Below, piece after piece: positions 40,559-50,846 of a DNA stretch of 64,000 bases. The notes under the pieces were generated by a model, which had not been told where the DNA came from, did not search any database, and worked only from the letters and a program-made list of their open reading frames with translations. This stretch comes from an uncultured Nitrospiraceae bacterium (lineage in GTDB: Bacteria; Nitrospirota; Thermodesulfovibrionia; Thermodesulfovibrionales; Dissulfurispiraceae). The translations under genes were made by a program, and so were the position numbers. How positions within the stretch are numbered: position 1 is the stretch's first letter; every line of letters begins with the position of its first letter. Location: positions 640,001-704,000 of the forward strand of contig CAVSHF010000003.1 in the NCBI GenBank assembly GCA_963727805.1, read 5' to 3'.

Positions 40559-41337
40559 GTTTATAATTACCGCCATACATCGAACGTATTATCAAAATAA
40601 TTCACTAATGTGACATATCGCGGTTAGAGCACGACATGAAACAAAATCTCAAATCTATATGGACGGCGTGATAGGTTTCTACAATAAAGTCTGGTTGAAA
40701 GAGGTAATTTGAGATAATCACACTATGGGTGTCTATAGAAACCGCAGCAGCGGAGTCTATATGTAAAGACCAATGTTGATGAGGTGTATAAATAGAAACA
40801 AAGTTGGACTGAAAATGCTCGATGAACAAGGGGCAATGTCGTCAGGTTGGGATGATTTAAATGCTGCTCAGATAGAATTTAAAGAATTTATTCCGCTGAA
40901 ATTGCGGTAAAATTAGCTCCATAATGTTGTAGTATATCATCAAAAACAGAGCCGTTTGACGATCCGGACAAGAGCATCAGGAAGCTTGGGATACTAACTA
41001 GGGCTTTAATATGGAAGATATCACGAGTTTCCGGCCCTGATGATGATCAAACTCGTAGAGTATCGACTGCGCCGTAGTCGATTAGATCGATCCCCATATC
41101 CCGAGGACTTACAGGAGGAGAAATACAATCTGGGAATGACGTCAGTAACTGACGCCTGAAACACTCAGCAGTTATTATCGCGCAATCACTCGTTACAACA
41201 TTCGGAACATATTCCCCACATTTATGGTGGAACATTCTTCAATTGGTGTGATTACCATAGACAGTGAGAAAAAATTAGAAAGGGCATAACAAAAACGCAG
41301 TAAATAGGACAAAGGATAGAGGAACTTTATTAAGAGT

Positions 41338-42201
41338 ATGCAAACCAGGCACATATTCTTTATTGTTTTCAGTATGGCGACGCTGGCGATCTTCTTTCCG
41401 CCCCTGCGGGATCTTTTCCTTTCCTCGTTCCACAACGAACTTTACTCGCACATTATCCTGATACCCTTTATCAGCGGATATTTTCTGTATGAAAAGAGGA
41501 AGGAGCTGTTCAGAAATATCGGCTATTCGTGCGTCCCAGGGATTGTTGCCGTAATCACCGGAATCGTCCTCTTCTTAATCGGCAGGTCCAAGGCCATTAG
41601 CCTCAACCCGAATGATTATTTCTCACTGATGGCCTTCACTGCCCTGGTCTTCTGGTTGGGCGGGATCATCCTTTTTTATGGATTGAAAACTTTCAGGACC
41701 GCACTCTTCCCTTTATTATTCCTGTTCCTGATGGTCCCGGTCCCGGAATTTATTATGGACAAGCTCATCTATTCCCTGCAGGTGTGCTCCGCCGAGGCGA
41801 CTTATGTCTTCTTCAAGATAGCGGGCATCTCGCTGATACGTGAGGGGTTTGTCTTCAACCTGCCGGGCATCAGCATCGAAGTCGCTAAAGAGTGCAGCGG
41901 CATACGTTCCACGTTGTCGCTTTTCATTGTAGGCATATTGTCATGCCATCTTTTTCTCAAAACTTGGCGTTCCAGAGGCTTGCTTCTGCTCCTTCTTTTC
42001 CCTCTCGCCATCTTCAAGAACGGGTTAAGGATCATTACGCTTTCCCTGCTTGGCCTGTATGTCGATGAATCATGGCTCACGAACAGCAGATTGCACCATG
42101 AAGGAGGATTCGTCTTCTTTTTGGCGGCGCTAACGGTTTTCGGCGGAATTATATGGCTGCTAAGAAAATGGGAAGCGAAGACCGATAAGCGCAATGCATA
42201 G
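41338..42201 (+). CDS. Exosortase (EpsH family), no fused EpsI domain
   Basis: About 8 TM segments; catalytic Cys (ECSGIRS), Arg (NGLRI) and His (LHHEGG); YSHIILIP. Confidence 0.92.
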   Translation: MQTRHIFFIVFSMATLAIFFPPLRDLFLSSFHNELYSHIILIPFISGYFLYEKRKELFRNIGYSCVPGIVAVITGIVLFLIGRSKAISLNPNDYFSLMAFTALVFWLGGIILFYGLKTFRTALFPLLFLFLMVPVPEFIMDKLIYSLQVCSAEATYVFFKIAGISLIREGFVFNLPGISIEVAKECSGIRSTLSLFIVGILSCHLFLKTWRSRGLLLLLLFPLAIFKNGLRIITLSLLGLYVDESWLTNSRLHHEGGFVFFLAALTVFGGIIWLLRKWEAKTDKRNA

Positions 42202-42263
42202 TTTCTCAAACCGGTATGCTATTATTCTGAAGTACACTTGAGACTCCGTTAGAATATATTGCC

Positions 42264-44327
42264 ATGCTTGAACCCGCACTGTCGATCATAGCTATATTGC
42301 TTCTCCTTAGCGTGGCCGTTTACACGCTCAAAAGGGAGATTACCTTTGCTAACGCCGGGCTTAGTGCGGTCTGCGTACTCTGCGCGTTGATCGAGGCAGC
42401 CGATTCGCTATCATTAAGGCTCACCGCAAACTCATCCGCATACTTTGTGTCGGGGCTCGCCCTTCAGTCTCTGCTGCCTGCCACGCTGCTTTTCTGCAGT
42501 CTCACACTACATCGTCAGTCCCCGCTGCGATCGCTCTCGCCATTTTGGTGGGGAATACTGTTACTTACTGTGCTGTTCCCCCTGAGTGTTATTCTCTATG
42601 CGCCGGACAGCTTTTTCTTTGCACCTGACATCGGGTCGGAAAAAATGCTTTTTCTCGGCCGGCTCGGTTACTGGTTTTACACGGGCATTATGCTTACTTC
42701 CATTGTCGCGCTTATGAACCTTGAGGCGGTCTTTGTGAGAGTGGTGGGAAAAGATCTGTGGAGAACGAAGTTCGAGTTCATAGGTATATTCTGCATACTG
42801 GCATTTCTCGTCTTCTATTACAGTCAGGGGCTTCTATATAGGACCGTCAACATGAACCTCCTTGGCGTAAGATCGGCGGTACTGATTCTTTCCTCGTTGT
42901 CGATCGGCTACTCGAGACTTTTCAGGGGTGGCGATGTCAGGGTTGCGGTCTCGCGGTTCGTCCTTTATCGATCCCTGTCGGTTATTTTAGTAGGCATCTA
43001 TCTCATCGTGCTTGCGGTGATAGGTGAAGGCATGAGGTATTTCGGAGACTCCTTCGGCAGGGGCATTGCCATATTTTTTGCCTTTGCCGCTGGCGGCTTC
43101 CTAATGGCGGTCCTATTGTCGGAGCGGCTAAGACGAAGGGTAAAAGTCTTCATCAACAAGAACTTCTATGCTCAGAAATTCGATTACAGGGCTGAGTGGA
43201 TCAAATTCACCGGTAAGCTTGCGACATGCAGGAACATCCTTAATGTCGAAGAGGCCATTATGACGACTTTCGCCGATACTTTCGAGCTGGATGGGGTCGC
43301 CCTATACCTCCGCATCCAAAATAGCGAAAGTTTCCGTATTGCGGCAAGCCGTTCGATGCCCGAAACCCAGACACATCTGAAGCTTTCATCCGCTTTGATA
43401 TCATATTTCATAGACAGAGGTAGGGCGCTGAACCCTAATGATGGTGAGTATAAATGTACCGAGGAAGAGTTATCTTTCGTTGTACAGTCGGGGGCCTGCA
43501 TTGTAGTGCCACTTATCGCTAACAGAACCATCGAAGGACTTGCCGTATTCGGCAGGCAGCTTTCTGGGGAGGACTATATCTACGAGGATTATGACCTGAT
43601 GAAAATGATCTCCCAGCAGGCCGCCCTCTCGATTGTCAATTTTCGCCTTTCCGAAGAGCTTGCGGAAACCAGAGAGATCGCTGCGGTCGCAAAGGTATCA
43701 TCATTTATTATCCACGATCTCAAGAACCATGCTTATACCCTCTCCCTCCTTTTGGAGAATTCGGAGACACATATTGAAGATTCTTCTTTTCAGCGGGATA
43801 TGATCGATACGGTAAGAAACACAGTCGAATCGATGAAAGATATCATAGAGCGACTCAAGGGCATACCGGAGAAGGACAGTCTCGATACTGCGTTGATCGA
43901 CATCAGCGGGCTTGCGAGAGAGACCGCCATTGAGATGAAGAAGTATCACGGTGAGTCCGTGTTAGTTGTCGACAGCCCACCTGTTTATGCCATGGTTGAC
44001 GTCGAGGAGATCAGGAAGGTCATTTTAAATATGATCCTGAATGCCGCTGATGCCACCTCCGGGAAAGGTTCGATTACCGTTTCATCGGGAATGAATGGTC
44101 ATTACGGTTATGTTAGTGTTGAAGACAACGGCTGCGGCATGACCGAAGAATTTGTTGCCGCGTCTCTTTTTAAGCCTTTTAGATCTACAAAGAAAAAGGG
44201 ACTTGGGATCGGCCTATACCAGTGTAAGCAAATAGTAGAAGCACATAGCGGCAGGATCGAGGTCCAGAGCGCTTTCGGAAAGGGCTCAATATTTACTATA
44301 CACCTGCCAAAGTCAGCTGCTCCATAA
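42264..44327 (+). CDS. prsK: PEP-CTERM system sensor histidine kinase PrsK
   Basis: Multi-TM N-terminus, FDYRAEW, GAF region, FIIHDLKN H-box and DNGCGM..FKPFRSTKKKGLGIGLYQ. Confidence 0.92.
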   Translation: MLEPALSIIAILLLLSVAVYTLKREITFANAGLSAVCVLCALIEAADSLSLRLTANSSAYFVSGLALQSLLPATLLFCSLTLHRQSPLRSLSPFWWGILLLTVLFPLSVILYAPDSFFFAPDIGSEKMLFLGRLGYWFYTGIMLTSIVALMNLEAVFVRVVGKDLWRTKFEFIGIFCILAFLVFYYSQGLLYRTVNMNLLGVRSAVLILSSLSIGYSRLFRGGDVRVAVSRFVLYRSLSVILVGIYLIVLAVIGEGMRYFGDSFGRGIAIFFAFAAGGFLMAVLLSERLRRRVKVFINKNFYAQKFDYRAEWIKFTGKLATCRNILNVEEAIMTTFADTFELDGVALYLRIQNSESFRIAASRSMPETQTHLKLSSALISYFIDRGRALNPNDGEYKCTEEELSFVVQSGACIVVPLIANRTIEGLAVFGRQLSGEDYIYEDYDLMKMISQQAALSIVNFRLSEELAETREIAAVAKVSSFIIHDLKNHAYTLSLLLENSETHIEDSSFQRDMIDTVRNTVESMKDIIERLKGIPEKDSLDTALIDISGLARETAIEMKKYHGESVLVVDSPPVYAMVDVEEIRKVILNMILNAADATSGKGSITVSSGMNGHYGYVSVEDNGCGMTEEFVAASLFKPFRSTKKKGLGIGLYQCKQIVEAHSGRIEVQSAFGKGSIFTIHLPKSAAP

Positions 44328-44416
44328 AAGCCTCGCTGGTTATCCTATATTCTCCTGAAATGTTATATAATCCTTTATATTTGCATCCATACGGCTAGTT
44401 CCGTCGCATCTGATAA

Positions 44417-45796
44417 ATGGAAGAAATTTTAATCATTGATGACAGTAAGGATATCCTCAAGCAGCTGAAATGGGGGCTGAGCTCAGACTATTCCGTCCAT
44501 AGCTCGGACAACTCATCCGAAGGCCTTTCCCTCTGCAGCAGGCACGTTCCAAAGGTGGTAATACTTGACCTTGGGCTCCCTCCACATGAAGACAGTACTG
44601 AAGAAGGCTTCAGGTGTTTGAAGGACATTCTAAGTGCAAATCCTTTGGCAAAAGTGATAGTCGTGACCGGTCAGGCTGATCGCGAAAACGCGCTTAAAGC
44701 CATCCAGCTTGGCGCCTACGATTTTTACCAGAAACCAATCAACCTCAAGGAATTGAAGGTCATCATCCAGAGGGCCTTGTACCTTCGCAGCATCGAAGAC
44801 GAGAATAGAAATCTGCTCAGTTCTTCTGATGCCGGGGTTTCGCGGATGGGCGGCATCATCGGGCAGTGCCAAGCTATGATGAAGGTCTTCTCAACAGTTG
44901 AGAGGGTGTCGTCAACCGATGTTCCCATATTGATCATGGGCGAAAGTGGTACCGGCAAAGAAATGATAGCACGAGCCGTGCACAAGCTCAGCCTCAGGGC
45001 AAAAGGCCCCTTTATTCCTATCAATTGCGGGGCGATACCCGAAAATCTGCTCGAATCAGAGCTTTTCGGATACGAAAGGGGAGCCTTCACGGGCGCTCAC
45101 ACACAAGTGCTCGGTAAGGTGGAGTATGCTCACAATGGCACTCTTTTCCTGGATGAGATCGCCGAACTTTCCCCAAGTCTGCAGGCCAAGCTCCTTAGGT
45201 TTCTCCAGGACAAGACTATACAGCGAGTCGGAGGCAGGGAAGATATTAACGTAAATGCGCGCATCGTTGCCGCGTCCAATGTGGACATTCAAAAGGCTAT
45301 CAAAGATGGCAAGTTCAGGGAGGATCTCTATTACAGGATAGGCGTTATTTCGCTGCATTTGCCCCCGCTTCGTGACCGCAACGAGGACATATTGCTCATT
45401 GCCAACTACTTTCTGAAAAAATTCAACGAGAGTCTGTCAAGAAAGGCAAAAGACTTCAGCCTCGCTTCAATCGAATACCTCAAACATTATGATTGGCCAG
45501 GTAATGTTCGTGAGATGGAAAACAAGGTGCAGAGCGCGGTTATCATGTCCGATGCCGCTTTTATAGAACCGCATGACCTCGGCTTCTCAGAGAAACCTGT
45601 GGGTACCAAAAGATCGTTTTCTGGATTGAACCTGAAATCCGCGAAAGATATGGTCGAAAAAGAGGTCCTCTCTGCCGCCATGGGTCAGTATAATGGGAAT
45701 ATGTCAAAGATTGCCGAAGCGCTCGGGATAAGCAGACCCACTCTTTATGACTTACTCAAAAAACATGGCTTGCAGGATAAAGCTATAGGACATTGA
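44417..45796 (+). CDS. prsR: PEP-CTERM-box sigma54-dependent response regulator PrsR
   Basis: Receiver domain (LDLGLPP), GESGTGKE, GAFTGA, WPGNVRE and a Fis-type HTH (LGISRPTLY). Confidence 0.93.
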   Translation: MEEILIIDDSKDILKQLKWGLSSDYSVHSSDNSSEGLSLCSRHVPKVVILDLGLPPHEDSTEEGFRCLKDILSANPLAKVIVVTGQADRENALKAIQLGAYDFYQKPINLKELKVIIQRALYLRSIEDENRNLLSSSDAGVSRMGGIIGQCQAMMKVFSTVERVSSTDVPILIMGESGTGKEMIARAVHKLSLRAKGPFIPINCGAIPENLLESELFGYERGAFTGAHTQVLGKVEYAHNGTLFLDEIAELSPSLQAKLLRFLQDKTIQRVGGREDINVNARIVAASNVDIQKAIKDGKFREDLYYRIGVISLHLPPLRDRNEDILLIANYFLKKFNESLSRKAKDFSLASIEYLKHYDWPGNVREMENKVQSAVIMSDAAFIEPHDLGFSEKPVGTKRSFSGLNLKSAKDMVEKEVLSAAMGQYNGNMSKIAEALGISRPTLYDLLKKHGLQDKAIGH

Positions 45797-45840
45797 CCCC
45801 TCCAATTGAATAAAAATGCTTAAAGCCGCGCTAGCTCCTT

Positions 45841-46788
45841 ATGCTCACTCTTGAAGATAAATTTAATTTAGTCCGATGGGCTTTTATCCTGATTTCGGTA
45901 GCTTACATTATCAGGGTGTTCGTCTCTTATATCCGGACGAAAGGGGTACCAATTCTCCTCAAGTTGACCTCCATCCCGGTTGTTTTTGGAATGGCCTCAC
46001 TACTAGATATGTACTGGATCGAACCGAACTGGATCAGGACGGAACGGGTGGTGATCAAAGATTCGGCGCTTGCTTCGGTCCTTGCCGGAATAAAAGTGCT
46101 CCAGATTTCCGATATTCATATCGGTAACAGCATCGGGTACCGCGAACAACAGCTTATAGAGACGGTAAATCAACTAAAACCAGATATCCTGTTCATCACG
46201 GGGGACTTTTTTAGTCTTCAGAAGGGGCCTGATGCGGCTGCCCAGCTCAAGGCCATATCGGGTCTGATTAGCAGCCTTAAGACATCTATCGGCATCTTTG
46301 GCGTACTAGGCAATTATGACGGATATCTGGCTAATAATTCAGGGCGTATGATGGAAATGAAGCAAGCCGGTATCGATATCCTCGTGAATGAGAGCAGAAT
46401 GATGCCGCTTCCCAATGGTCAGATTCTCTGGATAGCCGGACTCATGGATTCATCGAACCAAGACACGAGTGACACGCGGTCTATAGGCCAGGCACTTAAG
46501 ATGGTACCCAACAATTCACCGGTTATTTTGTTGAACCACTACCCCGATATTTTCGCCAAAGCCTACAAAGCCGGTGTCAACCTAGTACTGACCGGGCATA
46601 CTCATGGAGGGCAGATAGGCATACCGTTTCTTGTCCATCTATCCAACTCAGCCAACAAATCTCCATACATGCAAGGGTTGTTCATTGCCGGCAGGACCAA
46701 GATGTATGTCAATCGCGGCATCGGTACTACAAACATTCCTGTCCGTTATTTATGTAGTCCCGAAATAACCGTATGCGAAGTGGTTTAA
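45841..46788 (+). CDS. Membrane-anchored calcineurin-like metallophosphoesterase (YkuE-like)
   Basis: SDIH, TGD, GNYD, LNH and GHTHGGQ; N-terminal TM segments. Confidence 0.88.
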   Translation: MLTLEDKFNLVRWAFILISVAYIIRVFVSYIRTKGVPILLKLTSIPVVFGMASLLDMYWIEPNWIRTERVVIKDSALASVLAGIKVLQISDIHIGNSIGYREQQLIETVNQLKPDILFITGDFFSLQKGPDAAAQLKAISGLISSLKTSIGIFGVLGNYDGYLANNSGRMMEMKQAGIDILVNESRMMPLPNGQILWIAGLMDSSNQDTSDTRSIGQALKMVPNNSPVILLNHYPDIFAKAYKAGVNLVLTGHTHGGQIGIPFLVHLSNSANKSPYMQGLFIAGRTKMYVNRGIGTTNIPVRYLCSPEITVCEVV

Positions 46789-47148
46789 ATAGCTGTAGGT
46801 TATAATGCCGGATAATTCTTGGTAATTTCTTGAATTCAAGACCCTTCATAAACTACCGGTTGAAATATCGTGATTGCCTCCTCGAATGCGCAGCTCTTAC
46901 TGTATTGAGGAAGTTTGGGGGTAAGCAGTCCTCGTGCGTAAAAAAGTTGAAGTTTTATGTCTTTGGGACTTCGGCATGAAATATTTTTACACCACGGAAA
47001 TAGCAATATTAATTCTGATGCTCCTTTTCAATCCGTTTGTCGTATTCCGGCATCAGATTGTTAGACAAAGAGACAACATAGAGAGATCAAAACTCTTGGT
47101 ACAAGCCTTATCCCTCTCGACAGTATGCTTTGTCTTCTAAGCTAGAAG

Positions 47149-47165
47149 TGTAAGTAATCCCGACA
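47149..47165. promoter_or_regulatory. Putative PrsR enhancer box TGTAAGTAATCCCGACA
   Basis: TGT-N11-ACA about 100 bp upstream of a sigma54 promoter; matches the boxes at 49408 and 50722. Confidence 0.72.
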
Positions 47166-47248
47166 ATGAGACGATTTATTTTACAGATTCTTATAGTCTG
47201 AGACCTGATCTGTTTCAATATTCCCTTTATATTCAGTTAGTACAGTAA

Positions 47249-47264
47249 TGGCACATCATTTGCA
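47249..47264 (+). promoter_or_regulatory. Sigma54 -24/-12 promoter
   Basis: TGGCACATCATTTGCA matches TGGCAC-N5-TTGCA upstream of a PEP-CTERM gene. Confidence 0.85.
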
Positions 47265-47327
47265 AGCATATTAACAACTCATTAAGTTGAGTATATTAGT
47301 TTAAATTAATCATGATAGGAGGAACGA

Positions 47328-47906
47328 ATGAAAAGATTTTCTTTGGCTATTATCATAGTGGCAGCATTCTTTGTAATCTCAATAGTAGCTACATCTGAGG
47401 TTAGCGCAACAAATCTTATCAACAACGGTGGCTTCGAAACTGGAGATTTTACTGATTGGATTTCAATAGCAGCATCGGCTGGCTCAGTTTTCGGTGTCAG
47501 TACCACTGATCCACACTGGGGTACATATGCTGCATATTTTGGCGCCGTAGGTACCTCGAATGACTCCATCTTTCAATATTCGACTAGCACGCAGGTTGGC
47601 CGACTTTATACTTTCAGTTTCTGGCTGGCTCATCCTTATGGTGTTAGTTCAAACAACTTCACAGCATATTGGAATGGAACTCCCGTCTTGACCCTGACCA
47701 ATACAGGTGCGTTCGGTTATACCGAATATTCGTTCTCTGAGCAGGCAACTTCCCCTTTGACAACAATTGGTTTTGGAGCACTTGAAGTCCCTGCTTACTT
47801 CTATCTGGACGACGTTAACGTCTCAGTCCCAGAGCCTGCAACATTGCTCTATCTCGGCTCCGGTCTTCTTGGAGTTGCTATTTTCGCAAGGCGCAGAAAA
47901 AAGTAA
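47328..47906 (+). CDS. PEP-CTERM sorting-domain protein (carbohydrate-binding-like domain)
   Basis: Signal peptide, NLINNGGFETG..LDDVNV and a C-terminal VPEPAT + TM + RRRKK. Confidence 0.93.
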   Translation: MKRFSLAIIIVAAFFVISIVATSEVSATNLINNGGFETGDFTDWISIAASAGSVFGVSTTDPHWGTYAAYFGAVGTSNDSIFQYSTSTQVGRLYTFSFWLAHPYGVSSNNFTAYWNGTPVLTLTNTGAFGYTEYSFSEQATSPLTTIGFGALEVPAYFYLDDVNVSVPEPATLLYLGSGLLGVAIFARRRKK

Positions 47907-47926
47907 ATTTTTTTTAAATAGACGTT

Positions 47927-47962
47927 AAAAGAGGCGATTGCCGTGCGATCGCCTCTTTTTTT
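47927..47962 (+). terminator. Rho-independent terminator
   Basis: AAAAGAGGCGATTGC-cgt-GCGATCGCCTCTTTT followed by a T-run. Confidence 0.85.
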
Positions 47963-48160
47963 CTCTTACTTCCCGTAAAGATATATCTGCATTATAATTC
48001 TGCTTCTAGGACATTGCATCGTAAGCTCATTTATCCGTCGTCGGGAGACTAAGAAACTTCAAGACGCGGTGGTTGAGTAATAAGCTTGTATCCGAGTCGT
48101 TTGCTTTTTTTTTAGATTTATTATCACACGGTTACAGGATTGGTTCTCATAGTATGCAAC

Positions 48161-48352
48161 TCATCGTTCGACATAGAAACCGCCGTGCTTCATCGAGGAA
48201 TAGAAGAGAATGGCAAGCTTTCTTGTCGTGGCTATAGCCGCCTTATCCCTGCCGTCTCTGGCTGCCAGTCTCCCATAGCAAGCTCCCAATGCAGGATCGG
48301 GTATCCCTATATTAACGGCGGCTCTCCTCAACAGTGTGCTCGCCAACCTCAA
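48161..48352 (-). pseudogene. IS110-family transposase C-terminal remnant
   Basis: ALGACYGRLAARDGRDKAAIATTRKLAILFY..G..YVE resembles the IS110 C-terminal 'A.ARKLA' region. Confidence 0.65.
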
Positions 48353-48558
48353 GCCTCCCGGAGTCTACTACACTTTTCTCGTTGGCGCAGGTTTTGCAGG
48401 GTGGGGACGTTCAGGTTTGAAAAATAAAGTCATATCTGTATCTTGATTTGAAAAAGGATGCCTTCTGGGTTCATCCTTTGCTGTCGCATTTTTTGTAACA
48501 AACCGACAAGCTGCAGTGATGCTTTACAGAAGACTCATATGCGTTGGTGATAGGTGTT

Positions 48559-49236
48559 TTATTTTCCTCTACGTGCCAATACCAGTGCACTGACACCGAA
48601 CCCCAGAAGCAACAGGCTTGAAGGTTCAGGGACTTGATTGTACAGCTGGTTCTGAATGTCTGGCCCGCTGAAGCTTCCAGTCCCATCCATTGAAGAGGCA
48701 ATGTTGATTACTTTCGTACCCCACGACTTCTGCTGCATCCAAAGGGTGTTGTTATAAGTATCCAGATCTGAGTCCCATAGATATCCATTTGCATAGCTAT
48801 AGGAAGATCCTGAGCCCTGTAAGCTCCAAAGTACCCGTTGAAAATCATTCTCAGTTGCATCCGATGTCATTATTTTGTCATAGGCTCCACTCTTGAACCG
48901 ATAAAAGAGATAGTCGACAGCGCCATTAAGCTGACCCGTACCGGACGGCAGAGGAGAATCTTTGAGACCAACTTGATTCGAGACACTCGCCACAGGATAC
49001 CATGTATTTGGATAGATGTACACATTATCCTGGATACAAAACGTATCATAAGTAAATGCAGTGTTTGCGCCTCCATTGTGCGATACAGCATAGGTCATTA
49101 TACCGGCGTTATCGGCCAAGTTGTAATCGATGAGCTTAACATAATCGCCGCTGCTTATTGTGTCCGCCATAGCTACTGGCGCGATCATCATGATAAAAAC
49201 CACCACCAAGAAAATAACGCATCTTAATCTTTTCAC
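48559..49236 (-). CDS. PEP-CTERM sorting-domain protein
   Basis: Signal peptide (..AMA), TFCI, and C-terminal QNQL..VPEPSS + TM + RRGK. Confidence 0.92.
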   Translation of the reverse strand: MKRLRCVIFLVVVFIMMIAPVAMADTISSGDYVKLIDYNLADNAGIMTYAVSHNGGANTAFTYDTFCIQDNVYIYPNTWYPVASVSNQVGLKDSPLPSGTGQLNGAVDYLFYRFKSGAYDKIMTSDATENDFQRVLWSLQGSGSSYSYANGYLWDSDLDTYNNTLWMQQKSWGTKVINIASSMDGTGSFSGPDIQNQLYNQVPEPSSLLLLGFGVSALVLARRGK

Positions 49237-49272
49237 TTATTTCTCCAGTACTACTTGAGTACCTTAGAATAG

Positions 49273-49288
49273 TGCAATATTGATACCA
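49273..49288 (-). promoter_or_regulatory. Sigma54 -24/-12 promoter
   Basis: The minus strand reads TGGTATCAATATTGCA (GG-N10-GC). Confidence 0.78.
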
Positions 49289-49407
49289 ACAAGGAGACTT
49301 TATTATGTTTAATGTCGTAATTTTAGCTTAAGTTTTTGTTTTTACTACTTTTTTATTGATATAATAATGTGGCGGCACCTATGTGTAAATAATCTATAAA
49401 TGTAGTT

Positions 49408-49424
49408 TGTAAAGTTTACCGACA
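49408..49424. promoter_or_regulatory. Putative PrsR enhancer box TGTAAAGTTTACCGACA
   Basis: TGTAA-N7-CGACA, about 120 bp upstream of the sigma54 site of the minus-strand PEP-CTERM gene. Confidence 0.72.
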
Positions 49425-49719
49425 GTGGCTGTAAATTGAGCTAACACAATCTAATTATCTGCGGAATCAATATAAATAGACGTCGATTTAAGCAAAATAT
49501 GTCGCGAATTGGCCTACTTAATGCTTTCCCATACAATGATTTTAAGCATATAACGCAAGAGAAAAAAGCACAGAGGTTGTCAGAAGAAGTCGAACAAAGA
49601 AGAGGTTAGGACAGATGGCTTTCAATGGGCAGTTTTTAGCAGTTGGCTTTAGATAATTGTCGGACAGCTGTTGAGTTCACCTCCAACCTCCAGTGTCGTC
49701 AGTGACATGAATGTGATGA

Positions 49720-50343
49720 GGAGAGTAGCGCGGGGGAATCGCACCCCCACGCCCTCGCAGAACCGGACATGAACCTCTCGACTCATCCGGCTCCCATTAT
49801 CCGACCGTTATAAAACGGCGTTGTTTTATCCGACAGTTCCTCCCATCTCTGGTTGACTATCAAATAAAACTGGATAACGCAACCCCTTCACTCGGTTCCC
49901 ATTACAGAACCTTCGTCGCTACTACGGGTTGCTCCGCCACTGTGCCCCGCATCGGTACTCTCATCCTCGTGGGGCCTCCACTTGGACTTCTCCTTTAACA
50001 TCGGGACGACAGCTTCCCGCGTTCCACACAGAAGCCTGAACCAGATTCATGCCACCTTTATGCCGGACACCATCCAGACAGTAAACAGGTCGTCTCCTGG
50101 ACTTTTCCTGGCGTTCGGAAAGCCGCCAGTTTTGATGTCGTCTGATTTTTTTTCGACACCTCATCAGTGGTTCGTTTGCACTCATCTCTCTGGTTCATAC
50201 CTGACACGATCAATGTCGTGCCTTTTCCTTAACGCTCACCACAATGGCTCTTTACCAATGCAGCTTAAGGTGGGTTGAAGCCTGCACCTGTATGCCGGCT
50301 TCGAGGGGCCTCCCCTCATCTCCTGTGCAGCCTCGTGGCGCAC
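49720..50343 (-). ncRNA. ORF-less group II intron (IIB, resembling bacterial class D), ~624 nt
   Basis: 5' GUGCG at 50343. Domain V (GAGCCGGAUGAG..CAUGUCCGGUUC) lies at 49760-49793 and domain VI ends CUACUCUCC. EBS1 UUUCCGAA (50114-50121) is complementary to the 5' exon UUCGGAAA (50344-50351). The 3' end is uncertain by about 1 nt. Confidence 0.88.
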
Positions 50344-50721
50344 TTTCCGAAATAATCTATCGTGGCGGCTGCGTAGAGTGTCTCTTGCACCACACCTCAA
50401 TCTGAACTGCTGAGAAATGCGATGTTCCATCAAGAAGTCGATACCCTAACGGTTATCTAAATAATGAGGATTTTAAGAATAATCCAGTATTGGGGAAGGT
50501 CTGCTGGCCAAGACACAGTATACAAAATAATATCGAAACTTTAATGCTCTCTGGAGTCTTGCCGATTTCCCGTCCACTCGTTTATCGCATTTCTACTGAT
50601 CGAAGAGGACGTCCTTTTTATAGCAGAGTTAATTAACACTTAGTTCAATGCTCATACGTAATCTATCTTAACAATCTTGACTGGTGGTGTCCCTCTTCCC
50701 TGCCACAGACGTTTGACTGGA

Positions 50722-50738
50722 GGTCGGGTTTTCTTACA
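50722..50738. promoter_or_regulatory. Putative PrsR enhancer box (reverse complement TGTAAGAAAACCCGACC)
   Basis: Same motif as at 47149 and 49408, about 100 bp upstream of a sigma54 site. Confidence 0.68.
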
Positions 50739-50830
50739 CATATTTCGGAAAACTTAACACTTTCCATTAAAATCTTCTCAGACTGAATATTATCTCATTG
50801 TAAAACTGACATTTATTTATTGACGGACAA

Positions 50831-50846
50831 TGGTATATATATTGCA
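50831..50846 (+). promoter_or_regulatory. Sigma54 -24/-12 promoter
   Basis: TGGTATATATATTGCA (GG-N10-GC) upstream of the third PEP-CTERM gene. Confidence 0.75.

Noticed and set aside
50391..50395. Alternative 5' end (GUGUG) for the ORF-less intron
   Set aside because: EBS1 pairs with the sequence directly before GUGCG at 50343, and the first stem (CCACG/CGCGG) also fits that start.
49961..50433. Short ORFs across the second intron
   Set aside because: They are chance frames within ribozyme RNA.
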